A stretch of DNA of 29,053 nucleotides from a virus (Duplodnaviria > Caudoviricetes). The stretch covers positions 1-29,053 of IMG/VR virus record IMGVR_UViG_3300007963_000032; one strand, 5' to 3'. The translations under genes and the position numbers were made by a program. Below are positions 16,180 to 23,891 of the stretch, in pieces (within the stretch, counting starts at the first letter, position 1; each line of letters starts with the position of its first letter). The notes beneath the pieces were generated by a model. The model did no database searches. It was not told the DNA's origin and saw only the letters and a list, made by a program, of their open reading frames with translations.

Positions 16180-17050
16180 TAACACAAATGAATACACATA
16201 CCAATGGAATCCTGAAACATATGGAGACGATGACTTACCCATCTTGAAGATTAGTAAGTCGTCTTTCGGTTCGTTTCAGTGGTGTCCTAAGAAATACCAG
16301 TTCAACTACATTGAACAAAAACCACAGGACACTAGCGAAGCAATGTGGAAAGGAACTATGGTTCACAATGCAAGAGAGGCATTTTTCGATGAGTTCGATA
16401 TTGCTAAAGCAGAGAATATGAGTCACGGTGAACTAACTAATTATTGTTACACCCTATTCCCTCTTGATGAGATGAGTGATATGTATGAGACAATTGCTAC
16501 ATTTGAAGCAAACAGATTCATGGATTCCAAAGCAGAAGGAACAATAGATAATTTCATTCCTGTAATCAATGAAGAAGTTCTTGATGCTAAGATAGTAATT
16601 AGGCGTGAAGATTTTCCATCAATCAGACTAGAAAGAAACTATGTTGTTCATCTTCAAGGTATCATTGATAGAATGTTTCTAGATGGTGAGTCGTATATTC
16701 CTATGGAATTGAAGACAGGAGCATGGAAGGAATACAAGAAAACCTCAATGAGAAAGGAAATGGCATTCTACAAATTATTGTTCGACAACTGTGCTGATGC
16801 TAGATTGGAAGAACTAGGTTTAACAAGGGATAATCAAATCACACATTGGTCTTGGTATTACCCTGCATCCAATCACATGTATGTAGAAGATGCTAAAAAG
16901 TCCAGTGAAACCGCAGTGCTGAAAGGTATTGCTAAGTTGATACATGCCTACGAGAGAAACCTGTTCCCAACAAAATACAATGCTAGAACATGTGCATCTT
17001 GTAGTTATTACTCAATATGTGACACTGCTAATGATGACGGGTGGTTGTGA
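16163..17050 (+). CDS. Cas4-like/RecB-family PD-(D/E)xK exonuclease with Fe-S Cys motif
   Basis: WCPKKY, GTMVH, QGIIDR, ELKTG, EMAFY, CASCSYYSIC. Confidence 0.85.
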   Translation: MSRPSSNTNEYTYQWNPETYGDDDLPILKISKSSFGSFQWCPKKYQFNYIEQKPQDTSEAMWKGTMVHNAREAFFDEFDIAKAENMSHGELTNYCYTLFPLDEMSDMYETIATFEANRFMDSKAEGTIDNFIPVINEEVLDAKIVIRREDFPSIRLERNYVVHLQGIIDRMFLDGESYIPMELKTGAWKEYKKTSMRKEMAFYKLLFDNCADARLEELGLTRDNQITHWSWYYPASNHMYVEDAKKSSETAVLKGIAKLIHAYERNLFPTKYNARTCASCSYYSICDTANDDGWL

Positions 17051-17505
17051 TGAAAGAAAGAATACTAGAAATGTTAAATGAGAAAGAATGGACTTTTGCA
17101 GACTTACAGAATATGACTCCAATAGTAAATAACTTCGTTGAAGTGCTATATGGAGAGTTAACTGCGGAAGAGAAACTACGGTTGATTTGGGAAATTGATG
17201 TAGAACCTAGTATAGTTAATGGCCCTACGGTGTGGAGAGATGGTAACGATGACCCAACTGGTTTAACAGTAGTTGAACCTCTGATTCGACCCTTTGGTAT
17301 GTTAATGCAAGAGATGGTAACGCACAAATTAACTGAGATTGTAATTGAAACAGTCAAAACAGAACTACTGAATGCAAATGTCAGTTTTGGTAAAAATGAA
17401 AATAAGGAGGATGAAACAAATGAAGTTTCCGAGAGTAGTATGGACAGGAAGCCACCTAAGAGGGGCAAGACAGTTTCCAAGACTAGTCGTAAAGACAAAA
17501 AGTGA
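17050..17505 (+). CDS. Hypothetical protein
   Basis: TGATG overlap with the nuclease gene. The 3' end overlaps the primase start by 86 nt. Confidence 0.6.
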   Translation: MKERILEMLNEKEWTFADLQNMTPIVNNFVEVLYGELTAEEKLRLIWEIDVEPSIVNGPTVWRDGNDDPTGLTVVEPLIRPFGMLMQEMVTHKLTEIVIETVKTELLNANVSFGKNENKEDETNEVSESSMDRKPPKRGKTVSKTSRKDKK

Positions 17506-18418
17506 ATACATTAACTGGCTTAACCAGTATAATGGTAAGATGAATTGCTATACAACAGTCTATGACTTTGAAGAGATAAACGACAATATACAAATTGATT
17601 CTTCTGTTATTCTTGATAGAATGTTTCTAGACTTTGATGCTCACGATAAACCGTTAGAACTAGCACACAAAGACTTCGTATTAGTTGCTCAAAAGTTGGA
17701 AGACCAAGACATCATGTTCAGAAGTTATTTCAGCGGTAAGGGTTTCCACATCATTGCCAAAGGAGAACGAGTGGCTGATATTAGAAGCATTCAACAGTAT
17801 TATTCCGACTTGGCTAAGGATTATCCTACACTTGATAGGACTGGTATTCAGATAAACAGACTCAGAAGAGTTCCTAATTCTATGAATCTCAGTAGCACAT
17901 ACGGTGATGATAAATCGTATTTTTGCATACCAGTCAATTACAAATTAGATGAGTTAGATTTGATTCTTGAAACTGCTAAGAACATATGTCCAATTGATAT
18001 TGAATATGGTTCTAAGAAGATAGCGTTTCCTTCAGTCAAACCAATTGAGTTAGCAGACATAGAAGTTGAAATGCCTGAACCTGTTGGTAGTTTACCAATA
18101 CTACCATGCTTACACAATTCAATTATGGTGGAAAATCCTAGCCATTTTGCTAGGGTGTATCTCATACATTGGTGGAGAGACTTACTTACAGGAAGGGAGA
18201 GAAATGTCTCCCCTGAACAACAAGAAAAAGTCATTGATACTATCATGGTTGAATTAGAGAAGATTGCTTCCCTCGATGAAGTTTGGTTGGATTGGAACTA
18301 TGGTGTTACTAAGATGTATGTTAGCGGTATAGTTTCTAAAGGGTATCACACTCCGAGTTGTGATAAACTAATTGCACAGGGATATTGTGTTGGAAAATGT
18401 TGGAGGTATGTTGAATGA
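17420..18418 (+). CDS. Archaeo-eukaryotic primase, PriS fused to PriL-like Fe-S C-terminal domain
   Basis: FLDFDAH, FSGKGFH, RLRRVPNS, and C-terminal LPCL...PSC...YCVGKC. GGAGG SD upstream. Confidence 0.85.
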   Translation: MKFPRVVWTGSHLRGARQFPRLVVKTKSEYINWLNQYNGKMNCYTTVYDFEEINDNIQIDSSVILDRMFLDFDAHDKPLELAHKDFVLVAQKLEDQDIMFRSYFSGKGFHIIAKGERVADIRSIQQYYSDLAKDYPTLDRTGIQINRLRRVPNSMNLSSTYGDDKSYFCIPVNYKLDELDLILETAKNICPIDIEYGSKKIAFPSVKPIELADIEVEMPEPVGSLPILPCLHNSIMVENPSHFARVYLIHWWRDLLTGRERNVSPEQQEKVIDTIMVELEKIASLDEVWLDWNYGVTKMYVSGIVSKGYHTPSCDKLIAQGYCVGKCWRYVE

Positions 18419-18552
18419 GAAATTATCTTTGTAAGTTATGTGGAGGTGTCTTTCAAGGAGTTGGTCATATGTTATCTAAAGGTGGAGTTTGTTGTGACGA
18501 CTGTAACTACACAAAGGTATTACCTGCTAGATTTAGAGGTGAACACCTATGA
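18415..18552 (+). CDS. 45-aa Zn-finger microprotein
   Basis: MRNYLCKLCGGVFQGVGHMLSKGGVCCDDCNYTKVLPARFRGEHL*. ATGA overlaps. Confidence 0.7.
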   Translation: MRNYLCKLCGGVFQGVGHMLSKGGVCCDDCNYTKVLPARFRGEHL

Positions 18553-18683
18553 AGTGTGATTGTGGAAGGAAGTTAAATCTTACAGATTGGCACAATGCTC
18601 GATGTATAGAATGCAAAGAAGCAATAGAATATACACAGTGGTTGAATTTATTGGAGGCATTAGATGACAAGGAAAATTCGTGA
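18549..18683 (+). CDS. 44-aa Zn-finger microprotein
   Basis: MKCDCGRKLNLTDWHNARCIECKEAIEYTQWLNLLEALDDKENS*. GAGGTGA SD. Confidence 0.7.
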   Translation: MKCDCGRKLNLTDWHNARCIECKEAIEYTQWLNLLEALDDKENS

Positions 18684-19077
18684 AGTGACTCACCGTGATG
18701 GTAGTATAATTAATTTATGCAAACACCCAATTAACCTGCGAATACAGTGGTCAAGCAAAGTAGAAACTATCAACATACCACCTAGTGGAGCATGGGCTAG
18801 AGTGGTGTTTGAATCAAAACCCGAAATGCTACACATAGAAGGGATGAAAGTTCCTGTTTACAACCATACAGAACTCAAAACTAGAGTATTGGGTATACCT
18901 AAAGTTGGTGATTTCTTATTTGGATTACCACATGAGAAAAAAGGAGTTTACTATATTGTTAGTAGAGTGGTCGCGGATAACAATAGAGACAGGGGAGATT
19001 TGTTATGCCCTAATGTGAACACAGAAAAAGATGGCACAAAAACAGCGACAGGATTTTTCAAGTTGGGGAAGATATGA
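18664..19077 (+). CDS. Conserved viral hypothetical protein
   Basis: NLCKHPI...IPPSG..ARV...GLP....GVYYIVSR.VA....R.DLL.P pattern, recalled from a widespread uncharacterised phage family. Confidence 0.6.
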   Translation: MTRKIREVTHRDGSIINLCKHPINLRIQWSSKVETINIPPSGAWARVVFESKPEMLHIEGMKVPVYNHTELKTRVLGIPKVGDFLFGLPHEKKGVYYIVSRVVADNNRDRGDLLCPNVNTEKDGTKTATGFFKLGKI

Positions 19078-19775
19078 TGAAACTAGTAATTGATAGTCGT
19101 GAGAACTCAGACCTTACTGATAAGGTAATTGAGAAAGCAAAAGAATACAATATACCATATGAGAAAGAGTGGTTAGAAATTGGGGATTATATCTTCAACG
19201 ATGTATGCTTTGAAGCCAAGTCTTCTTTTGATTTCTTACAATCTATCATAAACAACAGATTGTGGAATCAAATGGATAACATGGATAGAGCATTTGATAA
19301 TAACTTAGTTATTGTGTATGGTTCATTCGATGCCGCCTTTAGAAAACATGTAGATTACAGTAAATCTACTATGAATAAAGCAACACAACGAGTATTGTTG
19401 AAGAAAAAATTCTATGGGGCTATGGGGAAGATAATTCTTGACACTGATTGTAGTTTACTTTGGTTCAAGGATGCACTTACTGCCGCAGACATGATTTGTG
19501 TAGTTTGTAAGATGCAACCTCACGATAGAGAAGTTTACACTCCTAGAATTGTAAAGAGAAGGAAAATTAGCACAACAGATTTGCGAATTGATGTGCTAAC
19601 CACGATAAGAGGACTAAGTGAGAAGAAAGCAAAGATGCTTATTGCTAAGTATGGCTCTATAATGGAAATTGGAGAAGCAACACCTAATGAATTGTGTGCG
19701 TTAGATGGAATAGGTAGTGTATTGGCAAATAGAATACACAACACACTGAATTTAGAAGAAAAAATGGAGATATGA
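19074..19775 (+). CDS. ERCC4/XPF (Hef-like) structure-specific nuclease with HhH motifs
   Basis: VIDSRE, LEIGDY, EAKSSFD, RLWNQ, and HhH motifs IRGLSEKKA and LDGIGSVLA. Confidence 0.9.
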   Translation: MMKLVIDSRENSDLTDKVIEKAKEYNIPYEKEWLEIGDYIFNDVCFEAKSSFDFLQSIINNRLWNQMDNMDRAFDNNLVIVYGSFDAAFRKHVDYSKSTMNKATQRVLLKKKFYGAMGKIILDTDCSLLWFKDALTAADMICVVCKMQPHDREVYTPRIVKRRKISTTDLRIDVLTTIRGLSEKKAKMLIAKYGSIMEIGEATPNELCALDGIGSVLANRIHNTLNLEEKMEI

Positions 19776-21352
19776 ATATGAGTAATGATAATAATGAACT
19801 AAAGTTAAGAGAAGACGAAGAATATGAAGCCGAAATAGATAGAATGTATTTCGAGTCTCTACAAGAAGGGAAAGAATACACAAAGAGTAGTAAAATTCCA
19901 CTAGTTGTAGAGAAATTTGTGACTAACGCCGTAAACCAATCAATTAACAATGAAGTTCCTGCAATGTTAGCATTTTACATGCTATTAGGGCAAATATGCA
20001 AGGACATGGTGTGTATTCCTGCTAAAACAAGAAGGATAGGCATTAGACTTCAAGTAATTTGGATGCAAACTAGTGGTAGTGGTAAGACTGAGATGTTTAA
20101 TTTCATAGGCCCAGTTTCTAAGAGGTTATTTGACACCATAAATGAAAGATATGGAACAGATATTCAGAACTTTGAGAGTAATTTTGGCACTATTGGTGAA
20201 CACGATAGAGAAAACGTTGGTTATGATGTTCAAAAAATTGGAGATTCCACAGATGCCGCATTAGTTGGTAGTCCATCAACAGAAAAAGAAACAGTAGTTG
20301 ATGACGACACTGGTAGGGAGAGAACAATAGAAGTTCCTATTCAGATATACGGTCAATTAGAAGGTGAAGGATTAATGGTATTTGATGAGTTTCACGATAC
20401 TGGTATATTCAGACAAACACAACATAAGGGTCAGATAATCTATTATTGTAATACTTTGATGAATACTCTTTGGGGTGAGAATTGGCCTATCAACAAGAAA
20501 CTATTGAATGGTGACCCATTTACTTGTAACTCTAGACGCTCTATGTGGGCTACCACATATATCCCAAGAACCCTCGCTACTGTTATTACTGAAACAGGAC
20601 TAATGCAACGCTCTATCATCTATATCAGAGAAGTTCCAATTGAAGAACAGAATGAAATTAGAGGAAAAATTGCAAGAGATTATGGTGTGATTGTAGATTC
20701 AGGCGCACCAGTTGAGTCTGATGCTGATAACTTAGTTCAGATATATGAAAGACTTAGAGAACATTACTTTGAATCAGGAGAAGACCCTCTAAGAACAATT
20801 ACGTTTGGTAAGGGCTTTTCAGATGCTGTCACTAATGAAACTTGGAAGTTTCAAGAGTTTGTTCAAACAAGTAGACCTGCTGTTATGGAAATAGCAAACA
20901 ATTTCATTACTAGAATGCAAGGTATGATGGTCAAAATGGCAGTATTATCTTGTATTGCAGAATCAGGAACTACTATCAAAACCAAGAAAAACCGTTATAT
21001 TGTGACAGAAAGACACGTTCGACAAGGAGCATATATCACACGACAATGCTATAAATCGTTGGTGTCGTGGCTTGACTTAGCACTAAAGGCGGAACACAAG
21101 TCTATGCAAGAAAGGGCAATGGTAGGAGAGTTCAAAAAAGCATATGCGGAATTAATAGAAACCCCAAATGCTAGAACTATTGATGGAGAAAAGTGGCTTA
21201 ACAAGACACAACTAATTGCTCATATCATGAAGAATACTAGACGAGGACAAGCACAGGTGTATAGAAACTACAAGAAAATATCTGATAACTATGAGGAGCG
21301 AAGAGTAGGAAGATATGGATATGTAAAAATGAAAAGGAAGGATGAACAATGA
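19772..21352 (+). CDS. AAA+ ATPase, putative MCM-related replicative helicase
   Basis: Walker A TSGSGKT, TDAALVG, Walker B VFDEF, GLMQR Arg finger, VTERHV lid, C-terminal winged-helix-like region. Confidence 0.6.
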   Translation: MNMSNDNNELKLREDEEYEAEIDRMYFESLQEGKEYTKSSKIPLVVEKFVTNAVNQSINNEVPAMLAFYMLLGQICKDMVCIPAKTRRIGIRLQVIWMQTSGSGKTEMFNFIGPVSKRLFDTINERYGTDIQNFESNFGTIGEHDRENVGYDVQKIGDSTDAALVGSPSTEKETVVDDDTGRERTIEVPIQIYGQLEGEGLMVFDEFHDTGIFRQTQHKGQIIYYCNTLMNTLWGENWPINKKLLNGDPFTCNSRRSMWATTYIPRTLATVITETGLMQRSIIYIREVPIEEQNEIRGKIARDYGVIVDSGAPVESDADNLVQIYERLREHYFESGEDPLRTITFGKGFSDAVTNETWKFQEFVQTSRPAVMEIANNFITRMQGMMVKMAVLSCIAESGTTIKTKKNRYIVTERHVRQGAYITRQCYKSLVSWLDLALKAEHKSMQERAMVGEFKKAYAELIETPNARTIDGEKWLNKTQLIAHIMKNTRRGQAQVYRNYKKISDNYEERRVGRYGYVKMKRKDEQ

Positions 21353-21606
21353 GTAAAATAACATACGAAAACAAGTTTTTGGTCTTTGATATTAGAGAAG
21401 GCCCAAAAACAATAATTGAACAGTTGAATGCACATGGACAAGAAGGTTGGGAACTCCAAACAATGTTGAATGTAGGAGATAGTCAACTTGTAGGGTTCTT
21501 GACGAAGAAAAACACCAAAAATGCACCTGACCCGAAGGCTTCTGAAGCACAGAAGATAGCCAACTTGTGGACATCTGAGCCAAAGAAATCTAAGGATGAA
21601 GAGTAG
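21349..21606 (+). CDS. DUF4177-like protein
   Basis: YENKF...EQLNAHGQEGWEL signature. Confidence 0.7.
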   Translation: MSKITYENKFLVFDIREGPKTIIEQLNAHGQEGWELQTMLNVGDSQLVGFLTKKNTKNAPDPKASEAQKIANLWTSEPKKSKDEE

Positions 21607-22203
21607 ATGAGTTCGGTTCTTGCAATTGATTTAGAAACCAAGAACTTCTCTCATGAGATTGGTGGATGGGATAACACCCACATGTTTCTAGTGTCTACGG
21701 TTTGCACTTGGGATGGCGACAAAGGCACAATTTACATTGACAAAGCAGTGGATGATTTAGCCAAAAGCAACGTGCAAATCAAACCACTATCTCAACTCAA
21801 GTTCGATTTAGATGAACATTTTGAAAAGGGTGGTAAACTACTAGGCCATAATATCAGAAACTTTGACTTACCAGTATTGAAGAACGCAATGGATATTTAT
21901 TGTATCAAGAAGTATTTTGATGATAAGGCATATATTGACACCAGTGCAATACTTTCATCTGAACATAAGGAAAGGTATAGTCTGAATAATCTAGTTCAAC
22001 ATACGTTGGGTGCTGAGAAACTAATGGATAGTGCTGATGCTCCAATTGTATGGAAATCCGGTGGCTATTCAGAAGTAGCAAAATACTGTCTAAGTGACTG
22101 TGAATTAGTGTATGATTTGTGGAAACATGGGGTTGAGAACAAAATGGTTAAAGGTTTCTCCCTAGAGGAAGAACTAGTTAAGGACTTGGAGGTTGAGTGG
22201 TAA
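21607..22203 (+). CDS. DEDDy 3'-5' exonuclease (RNase H-like, YprB/RNase_H_2 type)
   Basis: IDLETK, GHNIRNFDLPVL, YIDT, SLNNL, YCLSDCELVYDLW. Confidence 0.85.
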   Translation: MSSVLAIDLETKNFSHEIGGWDNTHMFLVSTVCTWDGDKGTIYIDKAVDDLAKSNVQIKPLSQLKFDLDEHFEKGGKLLGHNIRNFDLPVLKNAMDIYCIKKYFDDKAYIDTSAILSSEHKERYSLNNLVQHTLGAEKLMDSADAPIVWKSGGYSEVAKYCLSDCELVYDLWKHGVENKMVKGFSLEEELVKDLEVEW

Positions 22204-22365
22204 ATGGATACTTGGGACATATTAGCGTGGTTTGTGTTTGTATTGGTAATATCTTTACTCTTCTTCGCTGCCTTTGGAAACAGTAAGTATTCCGAAGATA
22301 GTATTGAAGAATACATGGATAAATTAATTTCCGAAGAGAGGCAGAGAAATAATGGCTCTCCGTGA
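22204..22365 (+). CDS. 53-aa single-pass membrane protein
   Basis: MDTWDILAWFVFVLVISLLFFAAFGNSKYSEDSIEEYMDKLISEERQRNNGSP*. GGAGGT SD. Confidence 0.7.
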   Translation: MDTWDILAWFVFVLVISLLFFAAFGNSKYSEDSIEEYMDKLISEERQRNNGSP

Positions 22366-22489
22366 AATATGCAAATACTGCGATAAATCAACAATAGCAA
22401 AACGCATCAAAGGCGTTTATGTTGGCAGTCTTGATGAAATTAAGATATGGCAATGTAGAAAATGTAAAGCATTATGGTCGGAAGAATAA
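22352..22489 (+). CDS. 45-aa Zn ribbon, TFS/TFIIS C-terminal-like spacing
   Basis: MALREICKYCDKSTIAKRIKGVYVGSLDEIKIWQCRKCKALWSEE*, i.e. CxxC-x24-CxxC-x3-W-x-E. Confidence 0.65.
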   Translation: MALREICKYCDKSTIAKRIKGVYVGSLDEIKIWQCRKCKALWSEE

Positions 22490-22493
22490 TTCC

Positions 22494-22515
22494 GGCCATA
22501 GTGCCTCTTTTTTTT
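22494..22515 (+). terminator. Probable terminator of the replication operon
   Basis: GGC-CATAGT-GCC then a T8 run (22508-22515) directly after the last gene, typical of archaeal oligo-U termination. Confidence 0.6.
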
Positions 22516-22535
22516 ACGTCAAAATTTCCATCACG

Positions 22536-22597
22536 TAATAGGGGCATACTCCCTATTATTTCGTTAATAGAGAGAACTCTCTATTATTTTAATAGAG
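22536..22597. repeat. Cluster of five TAATAGRG motifs forming two palindromes
   Basis: TAATAGGG 22536-43 / CCCTATTA 22551-58; TAATAGAGAG-AA-CTCTCTATTA 22565-86; TAATAGAG 22590-97. Confidence 0.8.
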
Positions 22598-22774
22598 ATA
22601 AACCCATATTTGTGAAAAATTTCTACATATGAAACTTTCCATTTAACTTGCCTTCATGTATACAACTTTTTTTGACTTGGTTCGTGAAGAAACTAACCAA
22701 AAGTTATTGATTTATTCCAATTATCACGTAATGTAAATTAACCTCCGGTGTATTTTTTACACCAGTGCGTTGGG

Positions 22775-22855
22775 ATGGAAGATGAAAACTACGGCATAGA
22801 ACTTACGAGGTTTTGGTATTGGGTGATGAGAAAAATAGGAATAGTAGTAAATTGA
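22775..22855 (+). CDS. 26-aa micropeptide 1
   Basis: MEDENYGIELTRFWYWVMRKIGIVVN*. Confidence 0.5.
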   Translation: MEDENYGIELTRFWYWVMRKIGIVVN

Positions 22856-22935
22856 GTCTAAAGGAAAAATTCCCCGATTGGGATTGGGATTATTGGGAAG
22901 CGCAAATTGAAGGAACTGATTGGGGTAAAAAATAA
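22852..22935 (+). CDS. 27-aa Trp/Asp-rich micropeptide 2 (TTG start)
   Basis: (M)SLKEKFPDWDWDYWEAQIEGTDWGKK*. TTGA overlap. Confidence 0.45.
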   Translation: MSLKEKFPDWDWDYWEAQIEGTDWGKK

Positions 22936-23012
22936 TGTTTGGGTTAGTTGATATATTGTTGAGTATGTTTGAGTGGGATTTTGATGACCTCATTCTAGAG
23001 GATGATGAATAG
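22935..23012 (+). CDS. 25-aa acidic micropeptide 3
   Basis: MFGLVDILLSMFEWDFDDLILEDDE*. TAATG overlap with GGGGT upstream. Confidence 0.5.
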   Translation: MFGLVDILLSMFEWDFDDLILEDDE

Positions 23013-23089
23013 TGATAGTAGTAGATTTGCTATTATTTCCATATAGACTAGTAGTTGGTATCATTGCATTGGGTAAATTCCGCCCATGA
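23012..23089 (+). CDS. 25-aa hydrophobic micropeptide 4 (GTG start)
   Basis: (M)IVVDLLLFPYRLVVGIIALGKFRP*. TAGTG overlap and GAGGATGA SD. Confidence 0.45.
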   Translation: MIVVDLLLFPYRLVVGIIALGKFRP

Positions 23090-23114
23090 AATTAGATTGC
23101 AAATTAGAAATAAA

Positions 23115-23139
23115 TATGCCTCCCAAAGTAGGGGGTATA
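23115..23139 (+). terminator. Hairpin at the convergence of the two gene blocks
   Basis: TATGCCTCC-CAAAGTA-GGGGGTATA, 9 bp with 2 G-U pairs on the + strand. Confidence 0.4.
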
Positions 23140-23150
23140 CGCACACGGTT

Positions 23151-23255
23151 TTACAGTTTCTGATAATTACCACAATAACAGCAGAAAACCCCACCCCTAC
23201 TGCAAATTTCTAATGGCCGATAAGCCAAACAGAATATGCAAATGGTTTTTTTCAT
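23151..23255 (-). CDS. 34-aa Zn-ribbon microprotein
   Basis: MKKTICIFCLAYRPLEICSRGGVFCCYCGNYQKL*. Starts 1 nt after the upstream stop. Confidence 0.55.
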   Translation of the reverse strand: MKKTICIFCLAYRPLEICSRGGVFCCYCGNYQKL

Positions 23256-23256
23256 A

Positions 23257-23583
23257 TTAACAGTCTACGCCGTCAGTAAACCCATCCACCGTTTTCAAGT
23301 GAATGTAGCATTGTTTTACTATGTTGTGTTGAGTCTTAGCAGCAGAATCATTCATCTCAAAATTACCACCGAATCCACCAATGGGTGAAGACCCATCATC
23401 ATACGCAGATTCACTAGCGTATATTTTTCCACTGAAATAAATTGGGTATCTCTTTGTCTCAACTTCTTCACCATCAACAATAGAGTGTTCCATCATTCTA
23501 CTACAATTAGTGTCAGTCACCACGCAATGCGCGTATTCACAAGTTATTCCATAGGGGGTTTCGTATTCTATTCTTAGTGCCAT
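23257..23583 (-). CDS. Tail-fibre-associated small protein
   Basis: MAL...ETPYGI...AHC...QCYIHLKT...F...VDC pattern, typical of genes following marine phage fibres; also supported by position. Confidence 0.55.
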   Translation of the reverse strand: MALRIEYETPYGITCEYAHCVVTDTNCSRMMEHSIVDGEEVETKRYPIYFSGKIYASESAYDDGSSPIGGFGGNFEMNDSAAKTQHNIVKQCYIHLKTVDGFTDGVDC

Positions 23584-23596
23584 TTTATCATCTCGT

Positions 23597-23887
23597 TTAG
23601 TTCATCCAATCAGGTTGGATTGGTAAATTAAGTAAAGTATTGTTTGCTCCTTCTGTTTCTGTATCTTCTGCATCAAAACCTGTTACGGGTAAATCACGCA
23701 ATTCTTGTCTATATGTAAGTAGTTCTGTCTTTTGCGTTTCAGTAAGTAAATCAAACCTATCAGACCACATATATTGGTCTGTGTAATCTAACAAACCATT
23801 TCTCATATCTCGTATTTCTTCCCAAGATGCATTCCTTGTTTCTTCTGTTATGTTCCCATCTTCATCAATTTCTATTAGTTTCCACAT
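23597..23887 (-). CDS. Tail fibre assembly chaperone
   Basis: WEEIRDMRNGLLDYTD...YRQELRDLP signature. GGAGTGA SD before Met 23887. Confidence 0.8.
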   Translation of the reverse strand: MWKLIEIDEDGNITEETRNASWEEIRDMRNGLLDYTDQYMWSDRFDLLTETQKTELLTYRQELRDLPVTGFDAEDTETEGANNTLLNLPIQPDWMN

Positions 23888-23891
23888 TTTA

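Noticed and set aside
16163-17050. CRISPR-Cas system suggested by the Cas4-like gene
   Set aside because: No cas1/cas2 and no repeat-spacer array seen. Solo Cas4-like nucleases are common in archaeal viruses.
10259-17419. Longer starts in the track (10259, 11728, 14572, 14724, 14819, 17372)
   Set aside because: They begin inside hairpins or upstream genes. Downstream ATGs have SD motifs or stop/start overlaps.
22877-22925. G-quadruplex
   Set aside because: Only three closely spaced GGG runs; the fourth is about 24 nt away.
167-22993. Minus-strand ORFs in the track (e.g. 1279..1755, 4875..5378, 17028..17498, 22757..22993)
   Set aside because: Antisense shadows of well-supported or better-chained + strand genes, Ser/Phe/Ile-rich and without motifs.
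23010-23024. Five consecutive in-frame stops TAG TGA TAG TAG TAG
   Set aside because: Explained by the GTG ATA GTA GTA codons of micropeptide 4 in another frame.
22775-23163. Mini-CRISPR array suggested by ~78-84 nt periodicity
   Set aside because: The units share no conserved repeat sequence; the periodicity is only in ORF length.
23086-23163. Fifth 25-aa micro-ORF (MKLDCKLEINMPPKVGGIRTRFYSF) chained by ATGA
   Set aside because: It spans the convergence hairpin, overlaps the minus-strand Zn-ribbon ORF and has no clear SD. Left as doubtful.
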